Source: Octopus bimaculoides (taxonomy: Eukaryota). From it: a DNA stretch of 64,000 nt. The notes beneath the pieces were generated by a model. The model was not told the DNA's origin and made no database searches. It saw only the letters and a list, made by a program, of their open reading frames with translations. The first letter of the stretch is position 1; each line of letters opens with the position of its first letter. The translations under genes were made by a program, and so were the position numbers. The DNA is taken from the NCBI RefSeq assembly GCF_001194135.2, contig NC_068987.1:5258577-5322576 (forward strand). The letters are read 5' to 3'. Shown one piece after another: positions 47,401-58,615 of the stretch.

Positions 47401-48596
47401 AAATGCATTCATATGGCTTTGGTCGGCCCAGGGTTATAGCAGAAGACACTTGCCCAAAGTGCCATGCAGTGGGACTGAACATGGAACCATGTAGTTCCAG
47501 AGCAAGCTTCTTACCATACAGCCACACTGAAAGGTCCACGCATGACTGGTATAATTCATAAAGATCTAATGTATTGTTTAATACACTTTTGTTGTGCATC
47601 CCCCCCCCACACACACACACACACACATGCACATACACACAAACACGTTTGTGCTCTGTCTATTTTTATGCACTTTGTTTTCTGTTTTCTTATTTCTTCT
47701 GTCTCTGCTGTCCATTGTTGTGGACATGCTATTTGTAACTCTTAACATTTCTGTGTACAGCATAAGTGCAACATTGTCATGTGATTGTATTGTTGAGTAT
47801 GGCAGTTGCTTGTCTTTGATGTTGTCTTCTGTTGCTAGTACAAAGGAAAACTGTAGATTTAAGAGATAGTACTTGAAGTCTTTATTTATTTGGGACCCAG
47901 GATTTTATGGAGTCAGTGGAGAGTAGAGTACTTGTTCAGCTTTGTCTGTAGAGCAACAGGCAGGGGTGTGTCTATTATTAGCACATTTTTGTATCACACA
48001 CACACACACACACACACACACGACTGGCTTCTTACAGTATCTGTCTACCAAATACACTGATAAAACTTTGGGTGACCCAAGGTACCACATAGTGGGACTG
48101 AACCTGGAACCATGTGGTTTGAAAGCAAGCTTCTTACCACACAACCACGCCTGTAGAAAGAAATAATTGTAAAACTTTCCTGATTCTCATCTGCTTACAT
48201 ATTTGTTCTTTCTTTCTTTCATTGCTTCTTTTGTCCTTTATTTTTTATTTTATTGTGTTTTTATTTTTGCAGTTTGAAGAGATTATTCCTGGCCGGGACT
48301 GTGCTTTGGAGTGTGGGCCAGATAAGAAATGCTACACAGACACCTGTTGCCCTACAACGCCATCTGCCTCATCCATGAATCAAAACGAAACTGATTATGA
48401 ACAAAGTACTTCCAACAGGAACCTGACAGAATTGCCCAACAATATTGAACAAAATGTGGACCCTAAAAAATTGGTTGTGGCTTATGACACCAACAAAGAT
48501 GAGACTCGGTCAGAATTAACTTTTAGCTTGAATTCTTCAACAGACTTTGAAAACAAAAGAAGTAGTCAGACCGATTCCCTCAAAAGGACAGTTTAA
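35965..48596 (+). CDS. SLC30A1: Zinc transporter ZnT1/SLC30A1-like (CDF family), multi-exon gene, partially assembled
   Basis: Six exons read by hand with canonical splice sites. Spliced product: [61 protein letters not shown]...[missing]...[13 protein letters not shown]...[94 protein letters not shown]...[missing]...[26 protein letters not shown]...KRTV*. These are ZnT1-type CDF signatures. SLC30A1 versus SLC30A10 orthology is inferred from the HD-HD motif only. Confidence 0.92.
35980..36162 (+). CDS. SLC30A1: ZnT1-like first coding exon (TM1-TM2, ADAFHMLSD motif)
   Basis: Acceptor ttttgtatttttcag ends at 35964; ATG at 35980; 61 codons; donor CGA|GTAAGT at 36163 (phase 0). Confidence 0.93.
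36650..38593 (+). repeat. Gap-flanking direct duplication (probable assembly artefact)
   Basis: 36650-36950 = 37918-38218 and 37157-37397 = 38353-38593 appear identical; the middle segments differ. Confidence 0.85.
37398..37917. other. Assembly gap inside the ZnT1 intron where the TM3-TM4 exon(s) are expected
   Basis: 520 N. Other gaps: 6509-6708, 10095-10291, 12133-12797, 14356-14927, 23253-23261, 29993-30016, 31663-31778, 35298-35307, 50442-50450, 59843-59852; most large gaps abut (TA)n. Confidence 0.99.
38991..39313 (+). mobile_element. Young RTE-LINE 3' UTR copy in a ZnT1 intron
   Basis: Close to the 2399-2857 and 50323-50441 copies; ends GGACGTTAAAC(GAT)n. Confidence 0.85.
39700..39870 (-). 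mobile_element. RTE-LINE 3' UTR copy, inverted relative to 38991-39313
   Basis: (CAT)n-TTTAACGTCTGCTTTCCATGCTAGCATGGG...CCAACCACTCTGAGAGTGTAG. Confidence 0.85.
40472..40606 (+). CDS. SLC30A1: ZnT1-like exon encoding the His-rich cytosolic loop ([12 protein letters not shown]...)
   Basis: Acceptor tttctgcttaaag at 40471; 135 nt open, phase 1 to 1; donor C|GTAAGA at 40607; joins in frame to the 41683 exon. Confidence 0.8.
41683..41824 (+). CDS. SLC30A1: ZnT1-like exon encoding TM5 ([16 protein letters not shown]) to YVDP
   Basis: Acceptor ttctttgtctccttcag; 142 nt, phase 1 to 2; donor AG|GTAAGC at 41825; hallmark CDF motif. Confidence 0.95.
42002..42411 (+). mobile_element. RTE-LINE 3' UTR copy with four hairpin modules
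   Basis: Repeated GTTGCCAGT..CTGACTGGC..GTGCCGGTGGCACGTAAAA units, then the common 3' end and (GAT)n. Confidence 0.85.
42458..42523 (+). repeat. 16/17-bp tandem repeat x4 abutting a splice acceptor
   Basis: AATGAAATAATT(T)ATCT units alternate 17/16/17/16 bp. Confidence 0.95.
42534..42577 (+). CDS. SLC30A1: ZnT1-like 44-nt exon encoding TM6 ([15 protein letters not shown])
   Basis: Acceptor tctctacttacag; donor T|GTAAGT at 42578; phases 2 to 1 bridge the two neighbouring exons exactly. Confidence 0.9.
42988..43067 (+). CDS. SLC30A1: ZnT1-like exon ([27 protein letters not shown])
   Basis: Acceptor tttgtaatttcag; 80 nt, phase 1 to 0; donor AGG|GTGAGC at 43068; conserved ESxxILLQTVP motif. 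Confidence 0.93.
43400..44630 (-). mobile_element. SINE family A copy split by the 43742-44386 gap
   Basis: The tail half lies left of the gap and the head half right of it, both on the minus strand, with (TA)n at both gap edges. Confidence 0.75.
45164..45932. other. Assembly gap inside the ZnT1 intron where the CTD exon(s) are expected
   Basis: 769 N. A second gap lies at 43742-44386. Confidence 0.99.
45933..46141 (+). mobile_element. RTE-LINE 3' UTR copy
   Basis: Same 3' end plus (GAT)n; starts at the gap edge. Confidence 0.8.
46316..46462. repeat. 50-bp tandem repeat, about 3 copies
   Basis: Unit AATATCTTGCGGAAATAAAACACAACACCAAATAAGCCTTGCCAAAGCAT. Confidence 0.95.
46780..47015 (-). mobile_element. 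Possible degenerate CR1-like LINE 3' fragment
   Basis: [12 protein letters not shown]...[18 protein letters not shown] loosely fits the same C-terminal pattern. Confidence 0.3.
48273..48596 (+). CDS. SLC30A1: ZnT1-like terminal coding exon (Cys cluster and Ser/Thr/Asn-rich tail, stop TAA)
   Basis: Strong acceptor ttttatttttgcag; in frame with ORF 48222..48596; FEE...[17 protein letters not shown] matches the CxLxC...C...CC tail of ZnT1/ZnT10-clade proteins. Confidence 0.85.
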   Translation, partial: FEEIIPGRDCALECGPDKKCYTDTCCPTTPSASSMNQNETDYEQSTSNRNLTELPNNIEQNVDPKKLVVAYDTNKDETRSELTFSLNSSTDFENKRSSQTDSLKRTV

Positions 48597-48619
48597 CTTT
48601 GTTACTATGCAAAATACTT

Positions 48620-49140
<521 letters not shown>

Positions 49141-51689
49141 TATGTATGAATCATTATGCGGTGATCTCATCCAAATGAGATTGATATCTAATTAAGGGAC
49201 TAATTTAATTTTCTTCCATATTTTTTTTACTACTTTCTCATTCAAAATTTGTTGTAATTTTTTTGTAATTTAATTATAAACAGGAGTTATTTATTTTCTC
49301 TACTCATTGTTGCTGTTTTTGTTGCTAATGACAGCACACTTATGCAACCATTTTAATAATAGAATTAATAATTATTTTTATGGTCATATCTGTGTTGTGG
49401 ATCGTGAGGAGGAAATGGAGGAAGAGGTGTGGTAAATTCATTGGAGACAGCCAGGTCACTTGCATGGATAGGCAAGAATATAAAATTAGCAAGTCTGGTG
49501 GAAGAAATTGCTTGGTATGTTGATCTCAAGCTGTATATAAGTGATCATCTGTGTGTGTGTGTGCATGTACAAGAATGCAGTTAAGTGAGAAACTAGTTTT
49601 GGCTTGTTTTTCACATGGTTGCTTCACCTTTTGACTCTGAATGGATATAATAATTTGGAGTACAAACATACTCCATGAAAGGGAAAAAAATGTCCAATAA
49701 ATAAAGAAAAAGAATAATCATCACTTGGCCACACCCACCCCATACCCTTTCACAAAACCAATTAGTCATTGGCTCTAAACGTTTGCACTTCAAGGTATAT
49801 ATGGCCTGATATTCAACACATTCCTGTAATACAGTTCTCAATGTCAGGTATTTATCCTTGTTCTGACACAATACCTTCAACTCTGTTCTTCTATTTATAT
49901 CATTTCTTTTGTTCTGACTTTTTTTTGTCCGTTTGTCTTTCTTATATGTCTCTCTCTCTGTCGATGTTTCTCTCTATCTCTCTCTCTCTCTCAGTTTTAA
50001 GATGCATCCATTAATTTTGGAGCTAATTGGCTTTTGGTGGATAATTAAAAAAATAAACCCAATCTATAAATACTGATTATCTGGTTTAACACCACTATCT
50101 AGATCTTGGGTGCCTTTAACAAACTCCTTTCTGCTGCAAGAATGCAAGCATTTGGACTAGATCCTGATTCCATATTAACCCATAAGTTGTGCTTTATTCT
50201 CCACCCCATTCCATAGTCTTGGAGACCCTGCAATAAAATCTGGGTACTGCCCTCCTGCCTTCTGATTAATATATAAGCACTTATATACACATATAAAATA
50301 TAAATATAAATATATATATATATCATCATCATCATCATCATCGTTTAACGTCCGCTTTCCATGCTAGCATGGGTTGGACGATTTGACTGAGGACTGGTGA
50401 AACCGGATGGCAACACCAGGCTCCAGTCTGATTTGGCAGAGNNNNNNNNNNAAAATATATACATAGGAGTGGCTGTGTGGTAAGTAGCTTGCTTACCAAC
50501 CACATGGTTCTGGGTTCAGTCCCACACTGCGTGGCACCTTGAGCAAGTGTCTTCTACTATAGCCTCAGGCTGACCAAAGCCTTGTGAGAGGAATTGGTAG
50601 ACAGAAACTGAAAGAAGCCCGTTGTATATATATGTATATGTTTGTGTGTCTTTGTTTGTCCCCCCAACATCACTTGACAACCGATGGTGGTGTGTTTACA
50701 TCCCTGTGACTTAGCAGTTTTTTTTTTGTGGGGGGCAGTCGATTAGATCAACCCCAGTACACAACTGGTACCTAATTTATAAACCCCTAAAGGATGAAAG
50801 GGAATTTGAACTCAGAACGTAATATCAGACAAAATACCGCTAAGCATTTCACCCGGCGTGCTAACGTTTCTACCAGCTCGCTGCCTTATTGTAACCAGGA
50901 TATTCTTTTCTACTCTAGGCACAAGGCCTGAAATTTTTGGGGAGGGGGCCAGTCAATTAGATCAACCCCAGTATGCAACTGGTACTTAATTTATCAACCC
51001 CGAAAGGATGAAAGCAAAGTCAACCTCCATGGAATTTGAACTCAGAACGTAGCGACGGGTGAAATACCACTAAGCATTTCGCCCGGCGTGCTAGCATTTC
51101 TGCCAGCTCACCGCCTTGTACATAAATATATATTGTGAAGAGAATTGACCTGTGTGAGTCCTGTGCTGGTGCCATGTCAAAGCACTTGTGCTGGTAGCAC
51201 GTTAAAAGCACCCAGTCCACACTGTAAAGTAGTTGACATTTGGAAGGGCATCCAGCTGTAGAAACCAAGTCAAATCAGTCTGGAGCCTGGTGCTGCTCCC
51301 CAGCTTGCCTGCTCCAGTGAAACCGTCCAACCCATGCCAGCATGGAAAACAGATATTAACCGATGCTGCTGCTGATGTTATATATATTATCATAATAAGG
51401 TGTCAATGTCACCTTATCGTCACCCCCTCCTCCTCCCCAGCCCACTCCTATTTCCTTTATTTGTCCTTCCCCAAACTGATACTGTGTCCACCCCAATCTC
51501 CATCTCCAACCATATGTCGCACCCCAGTACACTTACCTACCCACCTACCATTTTTGTTTCTCTATCCCAAGTCTCTCTCTCATTTTTACCTTCTACCCTG
51601 AAGATACTCCTTCACCAACTCTCTTCCTTTCCAGATAGGGAAATCCTATATTAATCTTTTCAGCAAAACCCCTGTTCCTCCCCTATCAT

Positions 51690-52650
51690 ACTTTCACATC
51701 CTTCAGAAAGGATGGAAAGCAAAATTGACCTCAGCAGAATTTGAACTCAGAATTTAAGGGCAGATGAAATGAAATTAAGCATTTTTGCCTGACATGCTAA
51801 CAGTTCTACCAACTTGCTACCTTGACAATAATAATAATAATAATAATAACAATGGTTTTAAATTTTGCCACAAGGGTAGCCATTTCAGGGGTGGGGATGT
51901 GTCAATTACGTTGACCCCAGTGTTCCACTGGTTAATATATTGACTCCAAAAGGACCTTGGTGGAATTTGAACTGAGAATGTAGCGAGAGACAAAATATCA
52001 CTAAGCACTTAGTCCAGTGTGCTAACGAGTCTGCCAGCTCGCTGCCTTAATAATAATTATAATAATAATAATTTCAAATTTTTGCCACAAGGGTAGCTTG
52101 GACAGGGGGTTTAAGTTGATTAGATCAACCCCAGTGCGTAACTGGTACTTATTTAATCGACCCTGAAAGGTAAAAGTTGAACTCAGAATGTAGCTGCAGG
52201 CAAACTACCGCTAAGCATTTCACTCGCCATGCTAATGATTCTGCCCGCTCGCTGCCATAATAATAATAATCCTTTCTACTGTAGGCACAAGACTTGGGAT
52301 TCTGGGGGAGGAGTTAAGTCAATTACATTGGCCCCCAACACATACTGGTACTTATTTTATCGACCCTGAAAAGACGAAAGGCGAAGTTGACTTTGGTGGA
52401 ATTTGAACTCAGAACATAAAGATGGATGAAATACCACTAAGTATTTTGCTTGGCATGCTAACAATTCTGCCAGCTTTCTATTTGAGGCACAAGGCCTGAA
52501 ATTTGAGGGGAGGGGGGCTTGTTGATCACATCGACATAACTGGTACTTATTTCATTGACTCTGAAAGGATGAAATGGAGGGATTTGAACTCAGAACCTAA
52601 AGATGAGCAAAGGCATTTTGCCCAGTGTGCTACCGACTCTGCCATCTTGC
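51690..52650 (-). mobile_element. Head-to-tail array of five SINE family B copies
   Basis: Five diverged same-orientation units at about 51690, 51850, 52075, 52270 and 52480, mostly separated by (AAT)n tails. Confidence 0.8.
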
Positions 52651-54068
52651 CACTTTCACTGCCATTAAAATAACAAATGGTTTGAACTATTTATTTTCTT
52701 TTTCCTAACATTATTTTTTGATTGGCATATTTTTTAATCATCTTCAGGTGCTTATTTCCATAAAAATTACAATACTTATCACTAGGATTGAACTCGTATT
52801 GGATTACAAAATCTAAGTTTTGTAGTTCTATATTTAAGAGATGAGAAATCGTGTACATTATTTACATTTGATGGAGGGTATATCAGCCGAAACATGTTAT
52901 CAACAAACAAGATGAGGACAAATATCCGTCAAATGTAAATAATATCCAAGTTTTGTTACAAAACTTTATGAGTTTAAGTCCAATATAAGAAATGTATACA
53001 TCAAAATCAAACACTTGGAGAAGAATTTAGAATATGTGACTTGTGAAATATTGTCAACAATATAAAAATTTAGGTTAATAGTTTTGTGATAATTACTAAG
53101 GTTAGAAGTCATTGCTGAGGTTTTAGAATCTTTACATTTGATTGTGTGACTCTGTTTTGCTTTCTTTATAATTTACCTGTTCGTTTTGTCCTTAAATCTT
53201 TATTTTCATCATCATCATCATCATTTAGCATCCATGTTCCATGCTGACATAGGTTGGCTGGTTTGACAGGAGCTGTTGAGGCCAGGGGCCTCACTAACCT
53301 CAATTGTCTGTTTTGGCATGGTTTCTACAGCTGGATGCCTTCTCTAACATCAACCACACTACAAAGTGTATTGGATGCTTTTTATGTGGAACCAGGCTCA
53401 CATGTGGTTGTGTGGTTAAGAAGCTTGTTCCCTAACCATATGGTCTTCAGTTCAGCCCCACTGCATGGCTCCTTGTGCAAGTGTCTTTTACTATATCCCT
53501 GAGTGAGTAGATTTGGATGGAAACTAAAAGCAGTGCGTTGTGTGTGTATGGTGAAGGCATGTGGTTTAGTGGTTAGGCTTTTTAGCTCACAATGGTAAGG
53601 TTGTGAGTTTGATCCCTGGTAACACATTCTGTCCTTGAGAAAGACACTTTATTTCATGGTGCTCTAGTCTACTCAGCTGGCAATAGTGAATTGTACCTGT
53701 AATTCAAAGGGCCAACCTTGTCACATTCTATCATCATCATCCAGTGTTTTAAATCCGGGTTTTGTCCCCGTTAACAGGGGTGGCCAGATCTACCTCAATG
53801 CCATAGCAACTAAGGCAGGCAGGTGCAGCCCACTCCAACCTTTGGGCTGGCTGGTGCCCATTCTCTCTTGCTATCATCAGGGATTTTGGAGCTGGATTTT
53901 CTACGGGGAACATGCCCTTGCTTACACCCAACCTCAGTTTCTAGACACGAGTGGTCCCGAGACCAGGGCCTCTACCATGATTTTTAAGAAATGTGGTGGA
54001 AAACTAGCTCAGGAAGATAGGGGTTCTACTCCCTCAGACCCCTTTCCAGAGCCCCCACACTACCTAAT

Positions 54069-55615
54069 TGTGTGTTGAAAGAGATATTGTTATATCTGGG
54101 GATCATCATATTTCTGCCAATTAAAAACGTGCACTACATACTTGGTCTACACTTCAGTTTCAATTATTATTATTATTTTACTGTCCTTTGTCTAAACTCT
54201 TTTGTCCACAGTATGGACTAAACAGAACAAGAGGAAACACGTGGGATAATGAGTGGCTGAAGAGGTCACAAGATGTATGACAAAAGAGCTTAGACATGTC
54301 AAGCGGAATCTCTCTGAGAACAATGTTAAGGGCTATGCGTGTCCGTAGAGTGCTCAGCCACTTAGAGGTTAATTTCATTGGCATGATGTCATCTTGAGAA
54401 GAAAACCCATCAAGCTGAGCAAAATTGCAGTCGAGGCAGATACTGGAGTCACCCAAATTGGTACCTGTGCCAGTGGCACATAAATACACCCCAGTGTCAT
54501 GCAAATAGTACTCATGTTGGTGACATGTAAACACACCCTGGTGTCATGCAAATGGTACCTGTGCCAGTGGCACGTAAACAAGCCTCGGTGTCACGCAAAT
54601 GGTACCTGTATGGGTGGCATGTAAGCACACCCAGTCTCATGCAAATAGTGCCTGTGCTGGTGGCATGTAGACACACCCCAGTGTCATGCAAATGGTACCC
54701 GTGCCAGTGGCACGTAAAAGCACTGTTAGAGTGGTTGCCATAGAAAACCATGCCAAATCAGTGTGGAGTCTGGTGCAGCCTTCCAAACCGTCCAACCCAT
54801 GCCAGCATGGACAACGGACGTTAAATAATGATGATTATGATGTTGCTGTATTGGTTGGATCAACCAGAATCCTCTGTGCCAGTGTGTGTGTATCCTTGTC
54901 TAGACATCATGTGATGGTTGTAAATGAGCATCACCACCCTACAAGCGAGGTTGTTTGCTTCCTTCCAGTCTTACATGAAAACCATGTGTGGCCATGAGGA
55001 AATATGACCTTGCCTGGAAACAGGTGAGGGTTGATGACAGGAAGGGCATCCAGCTATAGAAAACTGGCTTCAACGAATTCTATCTGACTCCTGCAAGTGA
55101 GCATTAAATGATGATGATGATGATTTTGGCATTACAATGTCGAAAGGGGAAACTAGTGACATCTCTGCCCTTGTTGTTACTTGTTTGAACACGTTTGATA
55201 AATTTCTCTTTTCTATATCTTCCCTGCTACCTTCTCCCTTCCATCCCCCCCTCTCTCGCCACTTTCTTTTATGTTCATGTGGATGCATGTTAATAGTTTT
55301 GCAGGACTTCTTTTTTAAATTTTATTTTATATACAGATTATTTTCTTTTGTTTCTCTGTTTATGTATTTGTTTCGAAAGATTCTTAATGTGAAACTGTGT
55401 GTTGAAAGATTTATCGTTATATCTTGGGATCATCATATTTCTGCCAATCAAGCACGTGCACTACATACTTAGTCTACACTTCAGTTTCAATTATTATTAT
55501 TATTTTACTGTCTAAACTCTTTTGTCCACAGTATGGACTAAATAGAACAAAAGGAGACACATGGATAAAGAGTGGCTGAAGAGGTCACAAAATGTGTGAC
55601 AAAAGAGCTTAGACA
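54069..55615 (+). repeat. Diverged direct repeat pair (54069-54296 and 55396-55615)
   Basis: About 225-bp units share long exact blocks (for example tacacttcagtttcaattattattattatttt and ttttgtccacagtatggactaaa) with scattered substitutions and indels. Confidence 0.85.
54461..54840 (+). repeat. RTE 3' UTR copy with an expanded ~47-bp tandem array (5 full units plus a partial)
   Basis: Unit GTACCTGTGCCAGTGGCACRTAAACACACCCCAGTGTCATGCAAATR repeated over 54461-54722, then the normal 3' end. Confidence 0.85.
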
Positions 55616-56079
55616 AAGGACACTAAAATAATAATGATAATAATAATAATAATCCTGATAACAATGATAAAGTTGAAGTGTTGACCAAGTGTGTAATGCA
55701 TGTGTTTAATTGGCACAAATATGTCCTTTCCCAAGTACTTAACAATATTTCATTGTATTCTTTTACTTGTTTCAGTCGTTTGACTGTGGCCATGCTGGAG
55801 CACCGCCTTTAGTCAAGCAAATTGACCCCAGGACTTATTTTTTGTAAGCCTAGCACATATTCTATTGGTCTCTCTTGCTGAACTGCTAAGTTACGGGTAC
55901 ATAAACGGCATCAGTTGTCAAGCAATGTTGGGGAGACAAACACAGACGCACAAACATATATATATATACATATATATATATATACGATGGGCTTTTTTCA
56001 GTTTCCATCTACCAAATCCACTCACAAGGTTTTGGTTGGCCCGAGGCTAGAGTAGAAGACACTTGGCCAAGGTGCCATG

Positions 56080-56605
56080 CTGGCATGGGTTGGATGGTTT
56101 GACTGAGGACTGGCAAGCCAGAAGGCTGTATCAGGCTCCAATCTAATCTGGCAAGGTTTTTACAGCTGGATGCTCTTCCTAATGCCAACCATTCCGAGGG
56201 TGTAGTGGGTACTTTTTATGTGCCGCTAGCATAAAGGCCAGTCAGGTGGTCCTGGCATCGACCATGGTTGAATGGTGCTTTTTACGTGCCACTGGTATGG
56301 GTGCTAGTCAGGCGGCACTGGTATTGGCCATGACAATGACTTCACTTGACTCAACAGGTCTTTGCAAGCACAGCTTATTTCCCAATAAATGAAGGGTACT
56401 CTTAAATGGGCCAGTTATGCTGCACTGACATAGGCCACGGTTACAGTCTCACTCAGCCTGACAGGTCTTCTCAAGCACAGCATATCTCCAAAGGTCTCGG
56501 TCACTCATCATCGCCTCTGTGAGGCACAACTTTCGAAGGTCGTGCTTCACCACCTCATCCCAGGTCTTCCTGGGTCTACCTCTTCCACAGGTTCCCTCTT
56601 TCACT
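56080..56605 (-). mobile_element. RTE-clade LINE 3' end (ORF C-terminus joined to the modular 3' UTR)
   Basis: Peptide GTCGRGRPRKTWDEVVKHDLRKLCLTEAMMSDRDLWRYAVLEKT is an RTE C-terminus. It runs directly into the GTGCC..GGCAC/AAAAAGCAC modules and the ccaacccatgccagcatgg end shared by the most abundant repeat in the window. Confidence 0.8.
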
Positions 56606-56839
56606 AACACCCTCCAAGGCGATGCTCTAGCATGGCCACAGCCAAATGTCTGAAACAAGTAAGAGAATAAAAGAAGAACTCAAATATCGGTGAATGCCAT
56701 ATTGGTAAGCTCCCAGTCAGAGGAACCAGTTACCTATTTCAATACTTGGTTGCAATTCTCTTCTAGGAACCTTCTTTCCTCAATTTGCTGCTTTCTGGAA
56801 CTTGCTACTATCATCTCGTTTCCAAATTCAGAATTGAGT

Positions 56840-57140
56840 CATTAGCATATTGGATCCTCTTCTTTCTACTGGATTGGAGTCTTTGAGTCATCATCAAAAT
56901 GCATCTTCGTTGTGTTTTTTATGTAAATATTTCCTTGACAATTGTCCCAATGAACTTTCTGGTTTACTACCCTCTGTCAAGAGTTTTAAACATGTGACCT
57001 GCTTCTCTGCCCAGCTGCATCTTTTCTCTGTTCAGCTTCCTGTTAGTCATAAAGTCTTTCTGTTCTAATTGCTTCTTCCCTTGAACTGGTGCTTTCTGGA
57101 ACCTACTACCACCATCTTCTTTTCCGCCAGTATGTTATAA
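56840..57140 (+). mobile_element. Degenerate CR1-like LINE 3' fragment
   Basis: LESLSHHQNASSLCFLCKYFLDNCPNELSGLLP...TCFS..HLFSVQLP parallels the CR1-type pattern LxxLSHRRNVASLxLFYxYxxxxCSxEL. Confidence 0.55.
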
Positions 57141-57152
57141 TCAGTCCTTTAA

Positions 57153-57364
57153 CTCTTTAACGTTTAAACACACCATATCCAGTCCAAGCATTCCACTTGT
57201 TTTATGTTCAAACTGGCCAGATTCAGCCTCTCACACCTACCCTACAATGTCATTCTAAAAATAAACAATCACAACATTGAAACTTTGAAACAATGCATAA
57301 TTAATTCAAAATAATGTGAATAAATAAGCATTATATTTGACAGAGCAATCTGAATGCTAAAGGA
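57153..57364. mobile_element. piggyBac-like MITE family 2 copy
   Basis: TTAA|CTCTTTAACGTTTAAA start, TCTGAATGCTAAAGG end, same interior. Confidence 0.65.
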
Positions 57365-58582
57365 TTCAGCTTTTTCTGCCCTTTGACATCTTTTGAACTT
57401 ATCGGTCCCTTCTTTTCTTTTCCTTGTGGTCCCTTACACTACAATGGCTTTGTGCCTTGTTTAAGAAAAAAAATTATTTAAAAATAAAATTAATTCATGT
57501 AGCTTTCTAGTATGAAAGTCACACATCCCCTTTTGTCCTTATAATTTTAAGGGATGGCACCCCCTGTTGTTAATAGTGACAGAAGAAGGATTGGTTCCTG
57601 GGAAATAAATTCCAGGGTTTCGCTTTTCTCAACAATTGAGGGTTTAATTCTTAACTGAGTCACATTTATTTGTCAGTGTTACTGATAAATCTTTTATCTT
57701 TCATCTTTTACTTGTATCAGCCATTGGACTGTGGTCATGCTGGGGCACCATCTTGAAGGGTTTAATTGGACAAATCAACCCCACTACTTATTTTTTTAAG
57801 TCTGGTACATTTTCTATCTGTCTCTTATGTTAAACTGCCAGGTTATGGGAATGTTAACAAACTAACATTGGTCATCAACTGGTGGAGGGAGACAAACACA
57901 CACACACACACACACATGCACACAGTTGAAATTTACAGAAAAACAAAAGACAACGGCAGGTGTATAAACAACAAACAGGTGTATTAGTTTGACGCTCGGG
58001 AAGGTGAGAAAGTCTTTTACGTTTCGAGCCTACGCTCTTCAGCAGAAAGGAACACGAGGAAATGAACCGAGAGAGAATAAAAGACTTTTGGAGCTAGTGG
58101 TCAATCATGGCATCATCATCATCATCGTTTAACGTTGGCTCAACACAGCCCTGAAGCTTGCTGGATTCTGTTGAACCAACCACCGCATGCTGCCAACATA
58201 GAATCTGGACATTAAATAATAATAATGATGATGATGATGATTATATGTGATGACTGATTTACAGATAAAATCCATCCAATGGACTCCCTCCGTATAATTT
58301 GCTTCTGTCCACCCAGTTACACTTGCATGGCTTAGGTCAGCTCAACCCAAACTCCGCAAGTGAAATCGAGTAGACAATATAACACTGTATCAGATAACAA
58401 CAGATGAAATGATTTGCACTATCTACTTCTGTCTTTTCACCTTCTGTGTTAAAGTCCTATCAATGTCAACTTCACCTGTTATTTTTACCCAGGTAAATAA
58501 ATTAAGTATTAATCGAATAATGGATCAGTTTTATCAGTTGTTCCCTTTCCCAAAATGTGTGGCTTTGTGCCTCTCTGGAAAG

Positions 58583-58615
<33 letters not shown>

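Noticed and set aside
35980-48596. Assignment as the SLC30A10 manganese exporter
   Set aside because: TM2 has His (HMLSD), not the Asn typical of SLC30A10. The clade still needs a phylogeny to settle.
52770-52822. tRNA-Tyr-like fragment on the minus strand
   Set aside because: Only loose anticodon and T-arm resemblance; no D arm or acceptor stem.
54461-54722. CRISPR-like array of palindromic repeats
   Set aside because: Whole units are homologous (no unique spacers), there are no cas genes, the context is eukaryotic, and the motif is part of the RTE 3' UTR.
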